Below, piece by piece: positions 12,027 through 24,900 of a DNA stretch of 64,000 nt (the first letter of the stretch is position 1; every line of letters starts with the position of its first letter). Source of the DNA: Antedon mediterranea (taxonomy: Eukaryota; Animalia; Echinodermata); contig NC_092678.1 of the NCBI RefSeq assembly GCF_964355755.1, positions 5,534,422 through 5,598,421 on the forward strand, in the 5' to 3' direction. The translations under genes and the position numbers were made by a program. The notes below the pieces were generated by a model. The model saw only the letters and a list, made by a program, of their open reading frames with translations. It did not search any database and had not been told where the DNA came from.

Positions 12027-14659
12027 ATTGAATGTATACCAATTATTTAATGAAGCTATATATTTCAATGTACAGTCTTTAAATTGTACTTCCAATATTT
12101 ATTTATTTATGATCTTATACGATGTAGGCCTACTGTACGTAACTGGCCGGCTCAGTTGAGTTACAGCGCTCAGTTACCCTTCTCTTATCTGCCTCTGCAG
12201 AATGTTATATTATATTGTATTATATAGTAAATATGTTAATAAGCTTGTCGAATAAATAAATAAATGAGCTTCAAGATGCCAAGTGTGTGAAGATGAGGTT
12301 GCGGGGTCATTTGAACCAGGAGGTATGTTTGAATCATGGAAGAATGAACGTTGCAATATCATCATAACCGACATTAACCGATAAGTATTCATTTCCGAAA
12401 AGTCACTGGTTCTATAAAGTCGCGCGTATTTATTTTTATAGACAGTTTGTGTAATAATATATTTAGCTTACATATGATTTATTACTGTACGTGTCATTGG
12501 GGTCAAAGTGCATGCATGCAGGAAGGAGGATTTATCAACTCAAAATCCTTTTATTGCATTGCATATGTTTATACAGTATAAACATTAAAACAGAGACCTA
12601 TCTGACCTGCTTCGATGGTCTCTATATCTGTAGGAATCTACTAATGTCTTTAGAGACATGTACCTTTTTAAAGGGAGTATTCCATGGTTCAAAAGATTTA
12701 GTTTTTAGAGAAATACAAATAAAATCGTGATAAATACTCACTTCAAAGTAATTACAATGCAGATTCTTCTATGATAAAACACAAGTGATCATATTGCGTC
12801 CGGAAGCACTGGACTGGCTGGACTGGACCTTGTGTGAATGTAGCCTACAGTAAGTAGTCTTTAAATCGGCATTTTCCTTTTTTCCTGAGAATAAGATTAC
12901 GTGGGAAATAAGTTCAGTCATTTTAGTCCAAAATTTAGCCAAACTTGGAACAAATTGCAACAGAATTTTTTTCACCGCAATGCATTACTTTGAAATCCCC
13001 AGAATACCATACTAAAAGTCCCAAAATATCCCAATGGGGGAAAGACGTCTAATTTGCATAAATCCAAAATGGCCGCCAAAATTCAATATTTTGACTTGTA
13101 GACGACCTATTTGAATGTTTTAAAGTTGCAGAGTAGGGCATTGGCCCATGGGCTTTCATTTGAAAAAGGGTACAATGATTTAGGACTGGTTAATTTGCAT
13201 ATTCATTTGCATATTTATTTGCATATTTTTAAATAAGTACAGTACATAAATCCTATTATCTGCTGGTTTTATGAATATAGACTAAATTTGTTCATACCTT
13301 TTCAAGTAGAAGGAATAGTACGACTTCTTTGTAGAGGTGATCCAAGCATGTTTAGAATGTTTATGAATATCAGTTGAAAGTTAAAATGACTGGACTAAAA
13401 GAGAATACATACGGTACCGATACGGTAGACTAAATCCCTACAAAATCACTCAACTAAAATAATCCCTCCTATGGCATGGGGGTATAATGAGCATACATCA
13501 CGGATGATGAGTCTGATCATGGAGGTATTTTATACCTTCATGGTCTGATGTAAACAATGAAACCCAATCAATAATGAAGTTCACTTGGTCGAAGGTCACG
13601 GGGCGCCGTATACCGCATTCACACGGTATGACGACATAAGTAAAGTATGTAACGTAACATATACATAATAAAATAAAAATTAACTATACTTCTCATACGT
13701 ACATATTCAGCGGATAACTTACATTTACAATTACTGTATTATCTAAAAGTACAGAATGAATCTATTTCAACAGAAATGTCCCAAACGGCGCCCCGTAATT
13801 GAAGAACAAAAAATAAAGATGTTGACACGAACAATAAAATGCAATAATCATTATAGTACAGTACCTTGTATTTTCTTAGTATGACCCCGATGAGCTGTGT
13901 TATCAACGATGCTCTATATAATACCCCGTTGAATCCTGTTTTGATCTTTCAGCACAGTTCATATCACCGTAGGAATACGTATGTGATGTTTGCTATACAA
14001 AATTTACAAAACTGAGGAAATTACTAATACTAATGTTCTATACTGATTGTACAGTGCGAATAATTGAGGATTAATGAAATTTGAGAATCAAGAAAGAGCG
14101 CCACCATGTTGATCACTAGTAGGCCTACTCTATATGTAATAAAGCACATTGTTAATAATTCAACTTTATTTGTATTAAATATTAGCCACAACTCATTGTT
14201 GTTCTTTCATGGAGCCGCACAAATAAAATTTCAAGATTTTTTGTACAATATTATAATTATGTATACAGAATATAGAGGCGGTTTTTGATAATGTTGTGAC
14301 AAAAAAAAAAAAAGAGAACCAGAAAGGTTTGAAGACGTTTCTATTAGGAACTGTTTTGATTAATATAATTTAGTTATACAGTATTAGTATATTAATTGTT
14401 ATCATAAACTATTCTAAAACTTTTTATTGTACTATGTCTATAAAAAATGTTTATAAAATGCCATTTCTGGAATGATTATACTTTCTGGCATTATCTGGAG
14501 GCCCACGGCATCCTCAACCCCTCTTTGCGCTACTGTTCAATTCAATTCAATTCAAATAAACATTTATTTACAAAATCTGAAAACATAGGAAAACAAAGAA
14601 ACAGTGTGGTACAGTATTATCATTTTTTTTAAATGTTTCAGAAATTGAAGGCAAAAGCC

Positions 14660-15080
14660 TTACTTGAGCACAGTGATAATAAATAGGATTTAGTTTAGCA
14701 CTAGTGTGCGCTACTATACCCATTTTGGTATCACTAGCGCGCACATGGATAATAAAAAGAATTGAGTTTACCACTGTAAGCACTACATACCTAATTTGGT
14801 TTTACTTGCGCACAGTGATACTAAATAGGATTTAGTTTACCACTGTGCGCTAACTATACCAATTTCGGTTGTACTTGAGCACAGTGATAATAAATAGGAC
14901 TTTGTTTGCCACTGTGCGCTATTATACTATACCCATTTTGGTTGTATTTGAGCACAGAGTGTTAAATAAGATTTAGTTTACCACTGTGCGCTACTATACT
15001 GTACACATTTTGATTTTACTTGCGTACAGCAAAAATAAATAGAATTTAGTTTAGCACTGTGCCCTACTATACCCGTTTTG
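14660..15080. repeat. Degenerate tandem repeat, unit about 67 bp, about 6 copies
   Basis: Recurring TACTTGAGCACAGTGATAATAAATAGGATTTAGTTTACCACTGTGCGCTACTATACC. Confidence 0.85.
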
Positions 15081-15985
15081 CATGGTGGGGCTGAGGTGGC
15101 AGGAGACACTTATTTCCGAACATCTGACAGCTCTATAAAAATAAAAAGGTTCTTAAAAATTACATGGCTGTAGGCCTATACAGTTTGTGTGGTAGAGGGA
15201 GGGGAGTGGGGGTGAGGATCGTTTGCATTTACAGTTGGCGACATTGGTGTCGATATTTAGTTACACATTTTGGTGATTTTTGCATTTTGGCCCAATCTGG
15301 CATTATTTGAGCATGGTCTTTACTCCATGATTTGAGACAGGCGGTTACGGCATAAATCAGATGTTATCGCAGGCAAAAACGCTGACGACGTTCCATATTT
15401 TTTTTTTCTGGCTCATGTTGCGCCACCAAATTAAATATGAGAGCAGACGAAATTATTTTAGTCATTTTTTTTGGAGGACCAGGTTCGAGGACACGTTAGA
15501 GTAACATATTTTATGTTTAATTGAACACCTTTTGTTTTATTATATTATATATATATATATTAGTAACTAGTTCATGATTTATGGATGCCAAATTTAGTAC
15601 AGATTGGTTTTCTTTTTTCTTTTTATGTAAAAACTCCCAGGCCCAGTCACCGTGAGGTGAGTGACCATCGCTAAGCATTATAGTGAACGGCACAGTCGCC
15701 ACCATGTGGTGAACGTTGATTATCATTGAGTCGATTCGTCCCAGTGACAGATTAATTTAGAAAGTAAAAAATACAGCTATTTTATTTGTAGCTGTGGCAT
15801 ACAGCACACAGTTATTTTAGCATATGGCTACATAACAGTAAATTTATGGTAGGCCTAACTAACTCCTAGGCCGAGGCTAATTTAATTATTTATTTGTTTT
15901 TCAGAAATGAAATGTTTATGATAATTATATATTGGAGGGCCTAGCTAGGTATTTATAATACTAATAGCTGTGTGACTTTTGTGAG

Positions 15986-18900
15986 ATGGAAGAACATAAA
16001 CAAATTTGTATGGACGAGATAGCCCTTGAGGGACTGGATGGTGAGTTTATAGACATAATAATGTAAATTTTTCGTACGTAAAAAAGAAGGAAGAAATAAT
16101 TTGATATATTTATAATGGATATAGGCCTAGGTAGGCCTAGGCCCCTTATTTTTTATCTTAAATTTATTAAATAATATTTCTGATGTTAAATTTTCAGGTA
16201 TCACCTTAGAGAGCCTGTGGTTCCGACTGCAGGATAGGAAACCTCCTTTCAGGCTTCCTATTGATGAATACTCAAAACCGTTTGTCTGGGAGCTTATCAC
16301 ATCATTGCACCAGGTGAAATTTTATGAGCTTCCCACAGCCCGACCTCCAATAACGGCCGGTGATGGTGCAAAAGAGTTTTCAGAAGAACTGGCTACCTAT
16401 GTTTGGTTTGATCAGGTATGCGTTGTGGAGCATGCATAACCTTTAACCTGTCTTGTCTGAATCAGACGATGAAGCCTAGTTCATACTTTTGTGAACACTC
16501 TTAAATTTTGTATCCCCTTAATAATTTGTTCCCAGACAGTCTCCCATCCAGAGCGCAATCGGACCCAATGTTGCTTCAGCAATATGGCTGTATATAAACA
16601 ATACATTATTATCATTAATTGTACAGAAGGCAGAACCCTTACAGATGATCAGTGATGAAGCTAAAGGAATTAGAGGATGCTCTGGCACTTACCATACCCG
16701 TCAGGATATCACTTCAGAAGTCAGACCTGAAAATGGAGACATTCTGTCTATTACTGAGGCTGAGAAAAGGTAGTGTATCAAATTGGTCAAGTTATATTCC
16801 ACCCTGCATGATTTATCACAGAACCAATCCAAGAAACTTGAAAGTATTACTATACATGAATTGTTGGTTGAAGTCATTTTCGCCTGTTAACCACTCTGAA
16901 AACACACAAAACTTGGAATTAAGGTAGAGAGTGGTGCACTGTATTATGACTAAATGCTTACATGGATGGCAAAGTTTTGAAACCTATTTTAATGAGTATT
17001 TGTATGGTTTTGAAGTCCAAAATTTGTTTTACTATATATGGAGTGAACATTGACAACCTCTTGGAACAAACCATTCCATTCATTATTTGATTATTTGTCT
17101 ACAAACATTTCTGCACAATTAAATATGATTTGCCAAAGTTATTCTATTTTGGTATACTATAATTGACCCTATGATTTAGTGTGATCTTTAAGAACCTCTT
17201 TACTACATATGAACATCTCTAATTTATTTTTCATCATTCGCGGTACTATATACGTACCATTTATTTGTATCAACAAAAAATATATTTATACAGTATTTCT
17301 TTCACAAGAATATTTCTATAAACTTATTTGATACAAAACGGGTATGCAATGAGCCGAAGCTCTTAAACGCATTATCCTATAATACAGATATCTAATTAGC
17401 AAATAAAACAATAAAAGTACAAATAGAAATAAAAAGTAAAAGTAACAAAAGTGAACTCTACATGAGTGAGTATTTATTTATTAATAGTTGTTGTATTTCC
17501 TTGTTAAATTTTCCGATTTTAGTTTCACACTTTATGTTTTCAGGTAAACGGTTCCAAATATTTGCCCCTCTATAGGCAATACTTCTTTGTCCTATATTTG
17601 TTCTTTTTAGAGGAATACGGAAATCACTCTTCTTCCGCGTACCATACTCATGTACAGATTCCATTTTTATAAAAAAAAAATTTAGGGATTATTCTTATTC
17701 TACTTCAGTTTCTGAAATAATTTTTACTGCAATAATATATGATTTTTAGAAGTTTACGAATCAATCACTGCAATAAACAACATTATTATGTATTATTACC
17801 CAGAAAGCTTGAGAAATAATTGTATAAACAGGTTAAAGAATAAGCAAAATGTATTATACTGCAGTAACTGCAGTAGAGTATACTGAATACTTGCAGTTTT
17901 TAAAATTTTATTTTTATTAGATATGGCGGTAAACTTGTAATTGTTGCATCGCCAGAAGCTAGGCTTGATGCTTTGATGGGCCTTAGTGGAGATACCAGGG
18001 CAGAGATGTCTTTAACTTCCTACTGTACTTTAGAATATATTGGCAAGAGTCGTCACAATGGCAGGCTACAGACAGAGTTGGCTTCAGCCCTTAAAATCGA
18101 TGCCAAAGGCGCTCACTATGTTAGGAGAATATTGACAAGTTCTGGAATAGTCACAAAACAGGTATGTGATTTGTATCTATAATATAAACAGTAAAACTGG
18201 TATTAAAGAGGTGGGGTGTGGAGGGGGGGGGGGGGGGGGTCCTTTTAATAGGCAGGTCCCAAAGCAGTTGAACATGAGGTTTCTAAAGCTCTATCTACAC
18301 TATTCATTTTATGTGACACCCATATATGGACACGATGATGTCACATCACTACAATATTTGAGCACATCACACTTTTTTTTCAAACTAGTTTGGTAGTGTA
18401 GACAGAGCTTAACATTATGTTGTTTTTTTCAGCATCTGTCTTACTTTGTTAACACTACAAGTGTAATGAAGGCTGGTAGGATTTTATTGCTGTCACGGTT
18501 TCACAACAAGTTATTTAATACTTACCAATTTTTGATGGAAAAGGTCTCAAACTACTTGGAAATGCAACCAGGAAGGGAGACATCACTATTTAATATACGA
18601 GAATTCCTTTTGTCAATTATGAAAGATAAGGTATTATTATTTATTTAGTGCCTCTTCGCCGAGTAATCTTCTGATTTCTCCGCCTGGGCTGCCTTGCTTA
18701 CTCTTTGTACCAGGTTTCTCCATTCCTTTCGTCTGTTGGCCAACTTTCTAAGATAAGGTATTACTGACTTTTTCAAAGAAGGTTCACTTAATAATTTTTG
18801 AATTTCCTATCCTACAGTATATCTTTCTCTTCAGCCAAAAGGGCCAATATTATCTGTAGAGCTCTCATTTGGTTACACTGAAATGAATGAGGGGTAATAT

Positions 18901-21900
18901 ATCTTGTAATACTACTGTATGACCAATTTCTATTTGTTAGTTCCTGAATGTGACTGTGCAGTTTGACAGGGTCCCCTGCTGTACTGATTATAAATATGTT
19001 ACCTTTTAAAAATGAGGTGAGGTTGAGTAGTGGGCTAAATCTGAGTTAAGGCTGAGTGGTGGGCTTAACCAAGAGGACCAAAAATGTAATTGGTTTATTG
19101 TTGAATTATTGGATTGAACTTTTTTTTACCTTTTTTTTATACAGGGCTTTAGTCAGCAAAAAGCAAAGAAATTTTACGAGTTGTTAAAAAGCTCGGGATT
19201 GACAACCTTTTTCATGCGCTCTCGTTCAGAGTTGTATGGTAAACTTGACGAGACCAAGGCCAGAGGTCGACAGGACCGGCAAATACGAATGGTGAAGTTG
19301 CTGAAAACGTACGCAGAATATACACAAGAGCTTGATGACCAAGAAAAGCCTGAACCTAGTGCTTGTAAGTAAATATTTGTCCTCAGTTGACAACATTTTG
19401 ATTAGTCTATGGACCCACTACACAATCAAATATGGTAGTGACATGACATCATCGTGGCCATACAGTATATGGATACATCACATTTTTTTGTCATACAGTT
19501 TAATAGTCTTGATAGAGCTTTAGTCAGTTTTTTGTTTGAGCCCTCTTTAGTTCACCAAGTTCTTTATCACATGTGCATTGTGCTGTCAATTGCTTTAAGT
19601 CCTAACCAAAGGATGAAGCAACAAGAGTATTACTCTTTATCACAAGCATCTTGCCTTGATACAATCAATATGGCACAGAACGGCCTCAAACCATTTAGTT
19701 CGATTCCCATTTATTTACACACCAAAACTATAATGAAGGTTCACATAGTACGGCATAAAGGTTCACATAGTACGGCATAAAGGTTCACATAGTACAGCAT
19801 AAAGGTTCACATAGTACAGCATAAAGGTTCACATAGTACAGCATAAAGGTTCACATAGTACGGCATAAAGGTTCACATAGTATGGCATAAAGGTTCACAT
19901 AGTACGGCATAAAGGTTCACATAGTACGGCATAAAGGTTCACATAGTACGGCATAAAGGTTCACATAGTACGGCATAAAGGTTCACATAGTTCGGCATAA
20001 AGGTTCACATAGTACGGCATAAAGGTTCACATAGTACGGCATAAAGGTTCACATAGTACAGCATAAAGGTTCACATAGTACAGTATAAAGGTTCACATTG
20101 TACGGCATAAAGGTTCACATAGTACAGCATAAAGGTTCACATTGTACAGCATAAAGGTTCACATAGTACAGCATAAAGGTTCACATAGTACAGTATAAAG
20201 GTTCACATAGTACAGCATAAAGGTTCACATAGTACGGCATAAAGGTTCACATTGTACAGCATAAAGGTTCACATAGTACAGCATAAAGGTTCACATAGTA
20301 CAGCATAAAGGATCACATAGTACAGCATAAAGGTTCACATTGTACGGCATAAAGGTTCACATTGTACAGCATAAAGGTTCACATAGTACAGCATAAAGGT
20401 TCACATAGTACAGCATAAAGGTTCACATAGTACAGCATAAAGGTTCACATAGTACAGCATAAAGGTTCACATAGTACGGCATAAAGGTTCACATAGTACG
20501 GCATAAAGGTTCACATAGTACGGCATAAAGGTTCACATAGTACAGCATAAAGGTTCACATAGTACAGCATAAAGGTTCACATAGTACAGCATAAAGGTTC
20601 ACATAGTACGGCATAAAGGTTCACATAGTACAGCATAAAGGTTCACATAGTACAGCATAAAGGTTCACATAGTACAGCATAAAGGTTCACATAGTACGGC
20701 ATAAAGGTTCACATAGTACGGCATAGTTTTACAAGAATATATCTATTTTTAATTTTTTTTTCAAATTATATGTTTTTTTAATTATTATTATTTATATAAT
20801 TTTAATATTATTTTTTCAGGTATAACGGAAAGCCAAGTGATTGCAGAAGAGCCTTTGATAATGCAAATATACAGGCTGTTTCGGGGTGGAATGTCAAAAG
20901 TTGTAAGTCAAAATGCATCATTTTCCGCATCTTAGAGCTTTCAGTTTACGACAACTAACTCATTGTTGTGTTGTTGGTCGTATTTAGAAACCACCAACTT
21001 CAAGGAATTGTGTGAGGAAGAACGTCCGCGCATGCACCACAATTGACATGAGCTAACTTGTTTTTAGGTTGTCAGTCAACAGCTTCCTATGTTATTAGTC
21101 TTATTATCATTGTTATTTAAATCATTTTTATTTTAATCATAATTATCTTCTGAATTTTTTAAAATTTTATTTTTTTATTTATTTATTTATTTTTTTTTTT
21201 GTGCTTTATTTTATTCTGTTTATCTTTATAAAGTCTATTTTATTTAATTCAATTTTTATTATTACATATTTATGTCTGGTCATATTGTATTTTTGTGAGG
21301 GTATCTAATGATCAGCTTTGGCTGGATGGACCACCCTCTTAAAATATTCTTTAAATAAAATAAATCATTACCTTTTTTAAAAATCAATTTTGTCATCATT
21401 TTTTGATAATTTGTAAAAATAAGTTTTTGTTTTCAGGACATCAGCAAGACCGTACAGTTATCCTTAATTGAGATTCGACGTTTTATCAACAAACTTTTAA
21501 AAGACAAGAAGCTTGAGAGTTATTTTCATTCAGAGGGAAAGTTGAAGTATAGAAGGTTATCATTTTGTGCTTTTTGTTTTTAATCAAGAAAAGTGTGATT
21601 TGCCTAAATATGGTAGTTATATGCCCAAATATGGTAGTTATATGCCCAAATATGGTAGTGATATGCCCAAATATGGTAGTGATATGCCCAAATATGGTAG
21701 TGATATGCCCAAATATGGTAGTGATATGACATCATACATACGTCCATACATATATGCACATCACATTTTTATGTCACATTAAATTTGATTGTGTAGACAG
21801 AGCGTTACCATATGTTGAAAATAAAAAATAGAGAAATAAATGACTGAAGGTTTTTTTTTTTTCACAAAGATATGTTGCCATAGGCTTTCCAGAACAAAGC

Positions 21901-24900
21901 ACCTCGGAGAAAGCTAGAATCCAGGAAGTTAGGGAGTTAAATAAAATTACAGAATTGGATTTAAAGTTCAGAAACATGGACAACAGTGGTATGTACATAG
22001 TAAAAGTAAATACTGCAAGTACCTCTATTAAGGTTAAGATACCCAACAAATTGTCCCAATAATAGGGGTGTCCCTGAGTAGGGCTTGGCCATATTTTTAA
22101 AATATATGTTACCCCTCATTTTTTTAATGGGAATGTGTCCCCAGGATCTGGATCTGGATGAATACTGGCGAAGGACCACATGGGTATATGCGCCAGGGGG
22201 TGCGTCTCTCGGTGTGCAAACATCATACTTAACTGAATTTATTTAATTTATTTATTTTTTTTTTATTTATTAACTTCACAAAACTGACCAAACAATGACG
22301 AAAAAACAAACAAACCAACATCCATATCTTAATATACATAAATCGATTGCTGCATTAAATTGAAGCCCATGACTTGGCAGTACATGCTGTTTGGTGGTGC
22401 AATAGTGATTGTGCAATCATCTAAGTTTGTCCACAGTGTTGATTTAAAGGTTTGTAGTGATGATGCTTGTTTAATGCTGATAGGGGTGTCTCTTGAAAAG
22501 CGACGTCCCTTAGTAGGAGTTGGCCGTAATTTTAAAATGTTACCTCCTTAATAATTTTATGGAAATGTTCCCGCTTTACAGGGGTGTTTCTCGCTTTATA
22601 GGGGTGTTTCCCGCTTTATAGGGGTGGGTCTCGTTTTATAGAAATGCCCCTCAATAGAGGTGTTCCAATGGAGGACCAGCCAAGGGAGATTTCAGGAGAC
22701 ACTGACTTTGTTACACTTGTATAAGTATCCAAATTATTTTTGTAGAAGAACCTTCAACATCTCAACAGCCTCAAATAGTCGGCAAAACCACAGAGAATGT
22801 ACCTCAAAATATTACTCCATCTAGTAATAGAGTATCCATTAAGCAGAACAAGAGAAGAAATATAATCTTAAAGGAATTGGAGAGAGTTAAAATTGTTAAT
22901 GGATCTCATTATCTAAAAAAGGTCAGTACAGGTCACAGGTCACCTTTAGTAAAGGTCACAAAGATTTTTGTTTCAATGGTGTTTTAAAGGACAACTTGAC
23001 CAAGGACCATATTTTAAACAACGTATTTGGGATGTACATATGATTTCAGAACATTCGCGAGAAATTACTTGTACAGAATATGGCTAAAGTCGATATATAT
23101 GCAATTTTCAGTTTTACAATACTATTTGTATAAAGTACAGTAGATCCCCTATTAAGAAGAATCCTTTGGTATCCATGAGGATTATCTCTTCATCTAAAGC
23201 TCTCTCAAACTTTATGTGACAAAAAAAGTGTGGTGTCCCTAAATATGGTAGTGATGTGCCCAAATATAGTTGTGATATGATGTCATCATGTCCATATATG
23301 GGTACATCACAATTTTTGTCACATAAAGTTACAGAGCTTTGTATGTATGATCTGATAGCACAAAACACAAATCAGACTACTTACTTTCGTTAATGATGTA
23401 ACATTTAACATTCAAAAAATTATCAAACAATTCAATATACTAGAAACCCCTATTTGTGTGACACCCCTATTTAGGTGAAACCCCTATTTGTGTGACACCC
23501 CTAAAATAGAAGTTCTACTTAAAACCGTACATAATATTTCAAAAATGTTTTATTAAAACCATTTTTTTTTTGCAGATTATTATGAAAAAAGAGAAAGAAG
23601 AAGGGTATAAAACTAGCTGTGATAGGAAGACTTTGATTAGGTTAGAATATTTCAAAAGGCCTTTGTACAAATAATAAAAACAAACAAAAAGTGAAACGAG
23701 TCAACGTAGGTACACAGGGAGATGTACTGCATAAAAACATTTATTTAATTATTTGTTATTTATTGAATCAATTTTGTGTTTTTTTCTAGAATGCTCAGAA
23801 GACTGAAAGATCAAGGACTTGTTAACATCATACACAGAGTAGTACCTCTGTCAGAAGGCTGTTCACCAACAGAGGTTAAAATAATTCTTAAAAGCTGTCC
23901 AAAATGTTCCATATATATACAATAGTAACACCTCCTTTGGACACACCTGTTCAGGGGACACACCTATTCAGGGAACACACCTATTCAGGGAACACACCTA
24001 TTCAGGGGACACACCTATTCAGGGGACACACCTATTCAGGGACACACCTATTAAGGGGACACACCTATTAAGGGGACACTCCTATTAAGGGAACACTTTC
24101 CTGTGATAAAAATGAGGGGAAATACATGTTTATCACTACTAACCAACCTTAATTCAGAAGGCGCCTCTATTAAGGGCAAATTTTTTTGTCTGGAAATTAA
24201 TTAATTAATTTTGTTGCGTAAAACACTTATGCGACCAGTATAAAAAACAATTACTTATTTTGTTTCAAAAAAGAGAATCCAGGGGTGAATTCAGGAGTAG
24301 ATCCAGGGGTGGATCCAGGAGTAGATCTAGGGGTGGATCCAGGATTGGATCCAGGGGTGAATCAAGGGTAAATCCCGGGGGAAGGGCCAGAGGCACAGCG
24401 TTACAACCTTTGAGTTATCTCAGAAAGTTAATATGTTTAGCCTATTACTATTGTTGAAAGTATGTTCTTTCAAGCACTTTGGCTATCCTTGGCAATAATA
24501 CTAAATTGAGAACAATAGTAATAATAGTATACACGCCCAGCAGGGATTCAATTGATACGCCAAAGAGACATACTGTATTTTATAATTTTCGTTTTACAGT
24601 TGATGCTGATCACATTACCAAACATACCAGAAAATGACGATCTTGTAGTTAATTTTGTGAAGACTTTGCAGTTTAAAACGTCCAATCAAAACCTTGTACG
24701 AGTCCATAATGCTCAACGAAAAAAGGTAAACATTTGTAATTTAATAAAAAGATTTATTTAGAACACAATACAATTAGATTGTTACATGGAAGAAAAAAAT
24801 ATGAAAGAAGAAACAGACGTGTGGTATAAATGATTTTACAAATCACAGTATGTCCTACTGCAGATGTCCCAAATGTCTGATAATCATGGCAGCCTTCCGA

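Noticed and set aside
19736-20725. Regular 22-bp repeats as a CRISPR array
   Set aside because: The units are head-to-tail with no unique spacers, there are no cas genes, and the context is a eukaryotic intron.
24260-24457. RS/RGG-rich ORF resembling an RNA-binding protein
   Set aside because: Translation of a 12-bp tandem repeat inside a GTF3C1 intron; non-ATG start and no splice support.
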